Source: Epithemia pelagica (lineage: Eukaryota; Protista; Bacillariophyta). Taken from it: DNA of 64,000 nt. The position numbers were made by a program, and so were the translations under genes. Shown piece after piece: positions 54,528-64,000 of the stretch (within the stretch, counting starts at the first letter, position 1; each line of letters begins with the position of its first letter). Location: contig OX337228.1 in assembly GCA_946965045.2 (NCBI GenBank), positions 4,216,001-4,280,000 on the forward strand, in the 5' to 3' direction. A model generated the notes under the pieces. The model was not told the origin of the DNA. It ran no database searches and saw nothing but the letters and a program-made list of their open reading frames with translations.

Positions 54528-55925
54528 ATGATGATCATTGCATCCAATCACCGGACATATCTGCTCTCGGTACCGCTCGTTAGTTTGTTGTGGACCGTTG
54601 TGCATGTGGATGGAGCAGCCTTTCGATTTATTTGCTCTCCCGATTCACAAGTGGTGACATTATACCGGGATGCCACAACGGGCCAGTACGTCGACGAACG
54701 CCCATCATTCGTGGAGGACGACGACGAACACGTACATCGGAATCTACGGACCAGTTCCACACAGGAACTACAATCGTCACTGCTGGGTCATGAATTCGTG
54801 GGCAACTGGTTTCAGTGGTGGAACAGCATAGACTGGGAGGATGAGGACGATGCATTTGTAGCATGGGAAGAACCCTTGGACGTTGCCGAACGGACAGAAC
54901 GAACCAATTCTTCATCGCATCATGGTCGTCAGTTGCATGCCGATATTGTAGCCGCCCGAAGATGCACATGTGGTCCTTTTCGGACGAGCTCGGGTTGGAA
55001 TGGGAGAGAAACTGTCTATTGTCCCTTGACTACCTCCCATTGTGGAACCTACCGCAATCCTGATTTTCACGAACCTCGCAATGTCGGTTGTTTGACACCA
55101 CCGGAAAATGAACGGTTTCACAATATCTTGTTTCTGGTGATTATTCTGTGGTGTGCCGTTGTCGCCTTTTGTCTCTTTTCGTCCCGACGAGGGCGTCATT
55201 TGGTCAATTGTTTGTTGTCCCAATGCATGCCCGGCTACCTCCGCTTTGTGGCCAATCGGATGATGCGGCACGAACCAGAACTGGCTCGCGAAATGATGGT
55301 ACGAAACTTGACCATTCGCATTCAACTCATGCATCAACAAGGATTGGACTCCATTGGACCCGATCTCTTGGGAGGCATTCCTGCCGACGAGAATGGACCA
55401 AACAATACTAATAATAATGTCACCATTGTGCAAACCAACACGCCGACTGGACGACAAGAGGAAAACAAGCCTCCACCGCGATCCTTGGCCTTGAAAACAC
55501 GCATTTATCGGTCCACCAACGACCCCGGTTGTACAGTGGTACCAGATACCTTGGAGAAGGATGGTCTGGAGGACGATGATGATGATGATTTGGAAACCAT
55601 GTGCATCATTTGCTTTCAGGCCATTCAAGATGGAGAACGAGTTGGCGTCCTTCCTTGCACTCATGTGTTTCATGTCGATTGTTTGAAAACATGGCTCAGA
55701 CGACGCAATGTCTGTCCCATGTGTAACATTTCCGACGTGGCGGAACCGCAATATGACGAGGACGACAGGGTGGAGCCCGTCCCTCCACAAACAGAAGCAA
55801 CAACAACAGCAGAAGAGGAGGAGACGACCAACAGCTCCCCATTGTCATCACCAGAGCCACCATTGGAAGCACTGGAGGCAGAGGTACCAACCTCTGCCAC
55901 AACGCCCAACAGCAATCTTCCATGA
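54528..55925 (+). CDS. Membrane-anchored RING-H2 E3 ubiquitin ligase
   Basis: Signal peptide, TM segment ILFLVIILWCAVVAFCLF, and RING-H2 CIIC...LPCTHVFHVDCLKTWLRRRNVCPMC. Confidence 0.9.
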   Translation: MMIIASNHRTYLLSVPLVSLLWTVVHVDGAAFRFICSPDSQVVTLYRDATTGQYVDERPSFVEDDDEHVHRNLRTSSTQELQSSLLGHEFVGNWFQWWNSIDWEDEDDAFVAWEEPLDVAERTERTNSSSHHGRQLHADIVAARRCTCGPFRTSSGWNGRETVYCPLTTSHCGTYRNPDFHEPRNVGCLTPPENERFHNILFLVIILWCAVVAFCLFSSRRGRHLVNCLLSQCMPGYLRFVANRMMRHEPELAREMMVRNLTIRIQLMHQQGLDSIGPDLLGGIPADENGPNNTNNNVTIVQTNTPTGRQEENKPPPRSLALKTRIYRSTNDPGCTVVPDTLEKDGLEDDDDDDLETMCIICFQAIQDGERVGVLPCTHVFHVDCLKTWLRRRNVCPMCNISDVAEPQYDEDDRVEPVPPQTEATTTAEEEETTNSSPLSSPEPPLEALEAEVPTSATTPNSNLP

Positions 55926-56250
55926 AGGAGATAATTTTGTGTACATTGCTGAAACTTACTTATCGCTTGAGTGCCACCTTGATCTGTGTTTGCAAGCAAT
56001 GACCTTTGTAGTGTTTATTCTTCTCGCGTCTTGTCGCGAAAGTCACCTTGCGGTATTTTGATGATTGGCGAAGCGATAACACATTGGGCACGACATCGCG
56101 AAGACTAGAAGCCACCACTTGAGGCCCTGACATCCAGAGGCTCTCTCATACGACAGCATAAAAAGACAATACCTAGTAAGATTCATAACAGGTGATAAAC
56201 TCCTCTTTTCTATCAATCGCCTGCCTTCTCTTTTCATTTTGAATAGCATG

Positions 56251-59200
56251 TCAGTGAATTGTTCCTCCGCTTCCAAAGGACCCATGTTGGGTCCGTCTTG
56301 ACAGTGGCCGTTTGAGCGCGGGTGAACTCATAATGGAATGAAGAGTCGCCAGTTGGTTTATGGTGACAGATTGTCGTTTGGCCATGAGATAGGACAAGAG
56401 TTTTTGCAGTTTCAAACTCAAACGGGGCTCTGTCTCCTCCAAGGCTTCCACTTTTTGAAAGGAAATGTAATGGACGACCGATTGAGTCACTGAAAAAGTG
56501 AAGCACCATGACAAAAGCCAATGACACGCCGCAAAGTAAGAATGAGATTGGGACCAAATCTTGTCGACGGTACCAGTGACAGCGAAGTGTGAATGTGAGA
56601 CAACGTACCTGCAACATACTTGCCGGGATTGGACATGCCCGTCAAAGATTCCCCTGTTCCCAAAACCCATCCTGGACCGATGCGGGCAACCCGAAACTCG
56701 CGACGCTCCTGATGGCTCATTCCTGGTGCTTGAGGAGTAACAGGTATCGACCGTGCTTTTAATACGTTGAGAGACATTTGGGCATGACCTGTGAGGGTAG
56801 ATCGGCTGCCTGATCGCGTCAGGGTATCATGGGCATTTTGTTCCACTTTCAATATCCCATGCTCAATAAAGAAAAGACCACGCGGAACGTCAATTTCATT
56901 ATACAGTATTTGTCCTGGTTCCACCGAGAATCGTGTCGTGTGCGGCTCCAACCCCGCCAGACAAGAAGAGTAGGAAAGTTGGTGCTGTCGGTCGATATGT
57001 TGCAAAGCTCGGATAAATCCACTTTCAGTGTCTGGCCCATGATGACTGTTTTCTTCAAACGATTCATCACTCAGTAGCATGTCCTCAGCCTTACCCACAG
57101 CCGAGTCCAAATCAGGAAAAAACCGCAGTTTACGGGCAGATGGGACACGACTAAAACCGGAGGTAAAGCCACCGAGTTGCATAGCCTTGCGCAAGGACGT
57201 GGATGCACCGGCAATGAATAATTTGCACTTGTGACTGCTACAGGCAAATAGAATTTCATTGAAGACGTCGACTGCAGAAGTATCAATACCAGATACTAGA
57301 GTCAAGTCCATGATTACAATTTTGGGTAATGGCGGTAGGAAACCTATGAGGTTTTACCAAACAGATAAAAGAAAATGTCGAAGTTAGAAATCATTTGCAA
57401 ATGCAGGTTCATCATTCATTTCCTGACCTTTACTCACACTCTTCCATTTCCTCTTCTGGTTCCTCGAACATAGAGCTGATGTAGTTCATAATGGAGGATG
57501 AGTTGCCAAAAAAGAGGTAGTTTTGTAGGACCAGTACCTGTATGTACATAAACACAATGCAGTCAGGGCACGACCTAGGGGCATGTTATAGGCACCATGG
57601 AGATGTCTCTCTTTGTTTCAGAACATACCTGGATCAAGGAGCCATTTTCGTCCAACCAAATGGCACTCTGCGGTGGTCGTTCAATGGTGGATCGAATCAC
57701 GGCCCCTGTCGAAATGAATTTAACAACTCCACTACGGAAGAAGGAGGCAACAAAGATAAAGGTCGAAATCGCCATTCCAAGAAAGACGGCTTCCAACAGA
57801 CCGACCACAAAAGCCAGGCCGACGATTAGCGGAACCACCAGCCATTCGAGCTTTTCCTGTTTCGCAAAACGGAATGCAGTTGACCCTGAGAATGACAAGA
57901 GATAAAAAATGCAAAAGAATGTCCAATTCTGGAACGTACCTTGGTTCGAAAGTAGGATTTGAGCACAAACGTGTCAAAATTGTTAATCGAGGCCAGGACG
58001 AGGAGGGATGAAAAGGCTGTTTTGGGAATGTATCCGACCAATCGGAAGTCAAATAGATAAAAGAATAGTAGTAGCACTCCGGCAAGGAACTGGGGTGCCA
58101 CTTTTTCGGCCCGAAGCTGACGGCGAAAAATGAAGCATCACGAGAGTATGAGACCCGAAAAAGCCCTCTGCATTAACGGGACTAAAAATGGTACATACCT
58201 TGTACATGGTACCCGAAATGGAAATATTGGGTGTTATGAAAAGAAAACCAAAGAAGGCACACAGGAAAACACTGTAGCCATATGTTGCCATGATATCCTT
58301 GACAGAATGATTGGTTGGTTTGGCCGGAACCATTGCAAGGCCATTGCTGTTGGTGTTATTGGTGTCCGTTTCCGACACAACTTTGCGACTAATTTCCAAA
58401 TCGACCGACTCCGAGAACTGTCGACCATGACTGGATAGCCCCTCTGGTTTGGAAAGTCTGGGTAAACCACGTTCCGTGACAAGTCGACGTTCCGGTCGTA
58501 CGAGATTGGAAATATTTTTGCGCAAGGCCGGAACATGTAGGGAACAGCGAATGAGATACAGAAAGGCCAGGGCTATGGAGGTATCCATGCCATTCTGGAC
58601 AGCACCCCAATGAATGTAATCAGATTGAAAGAAATAGGTTTTGATCCATCCCAAAGGTGCCGGTATGACCCAATCTTTGAACCCAAAGGGCGCATTCAAG
58701 GGTTCGTACACAAGATCAGAGACTCCCCAAAACCAATTTTGTTCGACGGCCTCTTGACGAGAGACTCCAGCAATGCCAAGGACCGTATAAAAAATGGTTA
58801 AACTAGCCAAGACTAGACCCACAACGTAAAAGGGATGTTTCGGCCCCAAGAAATACATGAGAGCTGCAGTGGCTAAAGAGGGTGCGTGATGAATCAAGGT
58901 TGTGGAGACGACATTCCAATCTTGTGACATGAGGACATCTCCGACACTCAGACCATTGGCATCAATGTTAAAGGCCAATTGCCATGTGAGTACGGCCACG
59001 GCTGCAAAAAAGCCGGCCAAGACGGAATATGGCAAGAAACTTCCAATATTGGCCAGTTTAAAGACGGACGCCAAGAGAATCAAAACTCCCGAAATGATCA
59101 TGGATATTTGTGCCAAGAGGGAAAAGGTAGCCAAGAAAACAAGGTTACGTTCTTCGGAGTCGGTCATTCCGGCAATGGTGGGATCGTTCATGAGAGCCGT

Positions 59201-60106
59201 ATCAACTTTGAGAGCCATGTCTGCAAAAAAGGGCGCCGCAAAGAGGTCGGCGGCAGGGTACAAGGCGGGGATATCTCCCAACAAGATCCAATAAATGGGA
59301 GATCCAAAGACAATGCCGCCAGCAGACAGTTTGGTAAAGACACCCAACATGCTGGGTATTTGATTAGGACGCGTGACGGCCGATCCCATGGTCAAACAGA
59401 AGACGGTGTGATACAATAGAAACATGAATCCTCCAATCCACGTCCATGCTTGTGTGAAATCCATGACAAAGGAATGAGCACTACGGACTTTGGTTTGACA
59501 AAAGGCAACAAGTTCGGACCACGACCATCTCCTACTTCTCCTTCTTGTGGTGGTTTCTTCAATGCGTTGCAAATGGAGAAACTTGGTCGATGACGACGTG
59601 GACGAAAAGACAGGAGTGTTTGTGGTTGTGGATGATGATGTCGCAGTTGTGGTGGAAAAAGTGGGTTTCCAGTAGGATCGTGGAGGAGAAGGAGTTGCTG
59701 TTCCTTTCCCCAACAAGGGTGTTTGATCATTCGGAGCTTCTCGCTGTTGTGGTTCCATTGTAGGTGGTTTGGGGTCCACAAACAAGCCCGTCAAGGTCGT
59801 CGTGTTTGTCGTCCTCTCGGTCGCTGCGTCATGGACATTGGAATGTACAACGGTAGGTCGTCTTTCCTCGTCATATTGCTGTGATCTGGAATTATCACCT
59901 TGTTGCGTGGGAACCTTGTCTTGTTGTTGTTGTTTCGTATCGTCCAATTGTGAAGCAGAAGGATCTGGGGTGGTCGTCACTGATGGCGGTTGTTGGTGGC
60001 TTGTGTTTGTCAAGGGTGGAGCAAACAATCCAACCAACGCTACGGCTCCATCCATTCGTCTAGATGTAGCCTTGGGTGTATCATGTTCTGCAAGATGATC
60101 CGACAT
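56251..60106 (-). CDS. SLC26/SulP-family transporter with STAS and cyclic-nucleotide-binding domains, multi-exon
   Basis: TM core in track ORFs 58049-60142, 57826-58101 and 57575-57898, joined by GT-AG introns. STAS: VLVLQNYLFFGNSS, IMDLTLVSGIDTSA. cNMP-like: LFFIEHGILKV...IGPGWVLG. Last exon VTQSVVHY...TIH*. ATG at 60106. Internal exon limits are approximate. Confidence 0.85.
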
Positions 60107-60336
60107 GGACAGCACCCAAGATGATTGTAAAGAATGGTTCACACTACAGGGGGGAACTTGCGCTCAGATCCAAAAAAGGTGACGAAAAATGAGAACAAAA
60201 TGACGACTTTTTGTGGCTTGTTGTAAAAGCTACCCAAACGTGACCTACTTAAGAGCGACCGGACATGGGCCACTCAAAAATGAGTTGGGAGAAAATAAGG
60301 CCAAACGCGCAAGTTGAGAGAATTGTTTACTCAAGC

Positions 60337-61404
60337 ATGGGCAAGAAAGGCAAAGGAGGAGGTGGTGGCAAGAGGCCCAAGGCAAGTGCTGGTGGTGGAA
60401 ACGCTCGATATGGCGGTGGTGGCCGTCGCTCCGCAAAACGCGATAGCGACGACTATGTGGGTGACGATGACGTGATTCGTCGCAATCAACAAGGCGGGTT
60501 GTACGTTGGAGGACGAGATCAAAATGGCATGATGGATATTCCGTATTGTCAACAAGTCTCAACAGATGGTTCCAACAATGGTGGTCCACCACCGGCCAAT
60601 CCGTTGGATGGCTTGCGATTGCGATTGTGGGATTTTGCCCATTGCGATCCCAAACGTTGCACAGGAGCTCGATTGGTTCGTCGAAAAAAGCTCGAACGCA
60701 TGCCATTGCAATCCAAATTTCGTGGTCTTGTCTTGAGTCCTCGTGCCACGGTGGCTCTCAGTCCAGCCGATATCCCCCTGCTGGAGACTGTGGGTTTGTC
60801 GGTGATTGATTGTTCCTGGGCCCGATTGGACGACTTGCCGCCGTCGCAATGGCAAGCCGGTCATGCCCGGTTGTTGCCCTTTTTGGTGGCGGCCAATACA
60901 GTCAATTACGGCCGACCCTCCAAGTTATCCTGTGCCGAAGCCGCGGCGGCCGCCTTGTATATTTGTCAAAAACCCTTGGCTGCTCAAGCCTTGTTGCAAG
61001 AATTTGCCTGGGGCGATGAGTTTTGGCGTCTCAATCAACCCTTGTTGGAACAATATGCCAACTGTGAATCAGCCAGTCATGTGGTGCAGGTCCAAAACGA
61101 ATGGCTGGATATGGCACAACAAGAACAAGAACGACACAAACAAGATCAACAAGAACGACAAACAGCGACAGAAGACGGACAACTTGGCAATGCCTACCAT
61201 TTGAATGATCAAGACTTGCCTCCCGAATACAACGACTATGATGATTACGATTACGAAGAGGAGGACGCACATGACTTGGACCCTAAACTCGATCGATTTG
61301 GCAACTACATTGTCGAAGAGGAAGAAGATACACCAGACACAGCCCAATCAACCTCACAAGAGGAACAAGATCCACAGAGCGACGTGATTAATGATAGTCC
61401 CTAA
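60337..61404 (+). CDS. TSR3: 18S rRNA aminocarboxypropyltransferase Tsr3
   Basis: LWDFAHCDPKRCTG, VIDCSWARL, RLLPFLVAANTVNYGRPSKLSCAEA, F.WGDEF..LN..LL..Y; acidic tail. Probable ATG at 60337. Confidence 0.93.
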   Translation: MGKKGKGGGGGKRPKASAGGGNARYGGGGRRSAKRDSDDYVGDDDVIRRNQQGGLYVGGRDQNGMMDIPYCQQVSTDGSNNGGPPPANPLDGLRLRLWDFAHCDPKRCTGARLVRRKKLERMPLQSKFRGLVLSPRATVALSPADIPLLETVGLSVIDCSWARLDDLPPSQWQAGHARLLPFLVAANTVNYGRPSKLSCAEAAAAALYICQKPLAAQALLQEFAWGDEFWRLNQPLLEQYANCESASHVVQVQNEWLDMAQQEQERHKQDQQERQTATEDGQLGNAYHLNDQDLPPEYNDYDDYDYEEEDAHDLDPKLDRFGNYIVEEEEDTPDTAQSTSQEEQDPQSDVINDSP

Positions 61405-61719
61405 CCGTTTGCAGTGACACGAAGTAGTGAAACTCCACTACCTATAACTTGAGATGGTTGACTTCTAGAGACATCTGGTTATACACTGAAACACTATAGT
61501 ACACAGTAGTGGTATGAGAAGTGAGAACGGAGACTTGCAGTATCAAATAATAATATCGGCTGGATTTCTTCCCTGTGTTGTTATCCAACCAAGCTCTGTT
61601 CTCCCAAAGATAGCTGCGACAGCAATAGCAAGTTTGACGCCTCTCTTCCAGTGAAGCATTATAGAGTGGCAGCATGTAGCTCGTCCATCTCCAAGTAGTA
61701 TGTAATAGAAAAAACAACG

Positions 61720-64000
61720 TCAGTTCTTGCTGCTGTTGTTGTTGTTCCCGAAGCGGAGCCACTCCAAACCCCAACTAAGATCCCCAATAGTAAAAGTACA
61801 ACAGGCCGCCGTTGGTCCCACCGTTGTTCCACCATCGAGTATAGACATTGTTTGATCGTCGGTAGTGGAAGCAGAATCCTCCGAGTCGCGGCTGAATAGA
61901 GTCGGCGACGCAAAACTGTTGGCCGATCGTACGCGGTTGATGAGTCTCTCCCGGTAAGCCTGCTCGTTCTCAAAGTCCCGCGGTGGAGACAGGGTCCGGG
62001 ATCTTCGAACTGGTGTCCTGACGTTGTTGTTATTGTCATGATTGTTGATGTATCGATGAGGTTCCGAATAATGAGGTGGATGGTCATGATGATCGATGGC
62101 CGTTTGAGATCGTCGAACAGGCGTTGTTTCTGCTTCGTGTTGTGTACCACCACTTCTTGATCGCGGAAGCAGATCGGGAATCCGGGAATTGTGCAATCGT
62201 GGTGCTGAGTGTATGGTCCCGCCCGATGTCTGATGCTGGCGAGACGATTCGCTACGCCACGGATTACCCTTTTCGGCAGACTGGCTTTGACGAAATGGAA
62301 GCTCAGCAAAAGATGTGTTCGTTATGGTTGGCGTTGTTCTGGAATGCTGCTGCATTGATCCTCCTCGTTCTTGGTTCCACTGGGACAGGGGATCCGTCAC
62401 CGGTCGAACGGAAGGTCCGCGCAAGCTGTCGTCTCGATCCACAAATTCCTGGCTTTTGCGTGATTTGCGTTGCGGATCATTGATAGCGCTTAGACTATCA
62501 AACGATCCTAGTGTCTTCAAAGCTCTTATAGACTTCCAGTAGTCTCGCGTGTGACCATTTCCTTTGTTGTTTGGAGCCCCATCTCCTGTTCCCGTTCCCA
62601 TTGTCGAACGTTGCGAATCGAATGGCTTGGCAGAGGATCCAGACATGGTGTCTCCTTGCCGATTGGACCGCCCTACTATCGATGACGGAGGAGACAGCAA
62701 TTGGGATGCGGTTTCCTGAAACGGCTGGATTCTGGAAGCAACAGTTTCTCTCACAGAAGTGAAAGGACGATGACCATCTCGTTCTATGCCAACTTCAATG
62801 GACGTTGAGCCCCTAAAGTCTTCCTGCGCAGAAGTGCTGTGTGGAGAGGCCACGGTATCACGAACAGAGGTAAATGGAGGGTGATTCGATATCGTTTCCG
62901 GGTTGATCGATTCTGATGTCATGGTTGCCGAATCCCCGTCATTGAGTGGATTCAATGCTTGATCGTTTCCGCTTGGATCCACGTCGGCCGAAGAGAAGAC
63001 TGGAATGTCTCCGTCCATGGAAAGAGGCGCTGGAATTCTTGTCGCCATGGCAGTTGCTGGTGTTGGATCAGAAGAACATTGTGCGAGCCCTACCGGTACT
63101 CTCCCTCCTTCAAATGAATACTCATCAATAGGCATTACATGTCCGGGAAGATGAGACCTCGACGGTGTACTTTCTCGAGAGCGATTGTCGGCCACAGGAG
63201 TAAAAGTCTGCTCTTCACTAGTTTGCAAATATGAATTCGTTGAAATTGGTACAGGAGTGTTCCTAACCTGTACCGAGGGCTCTTGGACCGCAAATTTGTC
63301 TGGAACTTCTTCCTCCTGGTGATACTTGCGTAGAGTTGCTCCAGCGTCATCAGACTCAGATGATGACGAGGTGGGATCGAAGAGTGATATATCTGAATCT
63401 TCGGCAAAAGTAACTTTGTGATTACGTCTGGATCGAGAGCCCGTGGAGCTGTGAGAACCAGCCGAAGGAGTTATTAGAGATGAAGGTTTTTCAATATCAT
63501 CTCTGTTTTGGCGAGAATGGGGAAGACCTTTTCTCTTCCTTCTCACTGCTACCTTCTTTGGTGACCTGGAAACTGGACTGTGTTGATCGGACAATGACAC
63601 AAGATCACTGAACAAAGAGCTGTCATCGTCGTCGTCCCGTGCATCCAGTACCGACGCCCGACTCTTTTCCTGGAGACTTTCTTTCAGACTTCTTAGTCGC
63701 ATCATCTTCACGTCTTCTGGGCTTGGAGTTTTCCCCTCTGAAACATCTTGTCTGCCTGTGATGTCCGGAGCAGCAACGGGAATCCATGTACTTCTTGGTG
63801 ACTGTTCCCAATTTGCCGCTTCTCCTCCAACCCACGGTGCACTCGGATTGTTCCGAATTTGCTTCTTTCGAAGAAGATTATTTTGAAGAGCGATTTCATC
63901 GATGGAGTCCTTTTGGATGTTGGTATCGAAGAGAACACCGTCGGGGTCAAGTCCACTCGAGCGTGTGTTGGGGCCAATTGATGAGTTACGTATGTTGTCT
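61720..64000 (-). CDS. Large Ser/Arg/Asp-rich low-complexity protein, C-terminal part (enters from beyond window end)
   Basis: The frame of track ORF 61720-63711 stays open upstream to the window edge (DNIRNSSIGPNTRSSGLDPDGVLF...PEDVKMMRL). No domain recognised; the 3' end may be spliced. Confidence 0.75.
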   Translation of the reverse strand, partial: DNIRNSSIGPNTRSSGLDPDGVLFDTNIQKDSIDEIALQNNLLRKKQIRNNPSAPWVGGEAANWEQSPRSTWIPVAAPDITGRQDVSEGKTPSPEDVKMMRLRSLKESLQEKSRASVLDARDDDDDSSLFSDLVSLSDQHSPVSRSPKKVAVRRKRKGLPHSRQNRDDIEKPSSLITPSAGSHSSTGSRSRRNHKVTFAEDSDISLFDPTSSSSESDDAGATLRKYHQEEEVPDKFAVQEPSVQVRNTPVPISTNSYLQTSEEQTFTPVADNRSRESTPSRSHLPGHVMPIDEYSFEGGRVPVGLAQCSSDPTPATAMATRIPAPLSMDGDIPVFSSADVDPSGNDQALNPLNDGDSATMTSESINPETISNHPPFTSVRDTVASPHSTSAQEDFRGSTSIEVGIERDGHRPFTSVRETVASRIQPFQETASQLLSPPSSIVGRSNRQGDTMSGSSAKPFDSQRSTMGTGTGDGAPNNKGNGHTRDYWKSIRALKTLGSFDSLSAINDPQRKSRKSQEFVDRDDSLRGPSVRPVTDPLSQWNQERGGSMQQHSRTTPTITNTSFAELPFRQSQSAEKGNPWRSESSRQHQTSGGTIHSAPRLHNSRIPDLLPRSRSGGTQHEAETTPVRRSQTAIDHHDHPPHYSEPHRYINNHDNNNNVRTPVRRSRTLSPPRDFENEQAYRERLINRVRSANSFASPTLFSRDSEDSASTTDDQTMSILDGGTTVGPTAACCTFTIGDLSWGLEWLRFGNNNNSSKN

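Noticed and set aside
47438-64000. Numerous 60-290 aa track ORFs overlapping the called genes
   Set aside because: Antisense or off-frame shadows of well-supported CDSs, without recognisable motifs.

Overview
Eukaryotic nuclear DNA, almost certainly from a diatom (inference: short GT-AG introns, bipartite plastid presequences, diatom-type CoDi copia and Ambal non-LTR retrotransposons). The window holds about 18 host genes: cpSRP54, peptide deformylase, a bacterial-type Cas4-like/DUF2779 nuclease, an ankyrin protein, a ZIP transporter, a secreted repeat protein, a START protein, a tandem zeta-toxin-like kinase, a sterol desaturase-family enzyme, PSMA6, a RING-H2 ligase, a SulP-STAS-cNMP transporter, TSR3 and several unknowns, two of them cut by the window edges. 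About 45% is mobile DNA. There are two full-length Ambal-type LINEs, both ending in a sense-strand oligo(T) tail: one intact, one degenerate and interrupted by a young 8-kb CoDi LTR element whose PBS looks like a tRNA-Asn half-molecule site. At 2.9-5.9 kb three DNA transposons are nested inside each other, two of them sharing TACCCCCTAGCGG termini and 10-bp TSDs, and further MITEs lie nearby. The long intergenic regions show period-7 repeat ladders whose unit sequence drifts along the array. No rRNA, tRNA or CRISPR array was found. All calls are by eye, without database searches.
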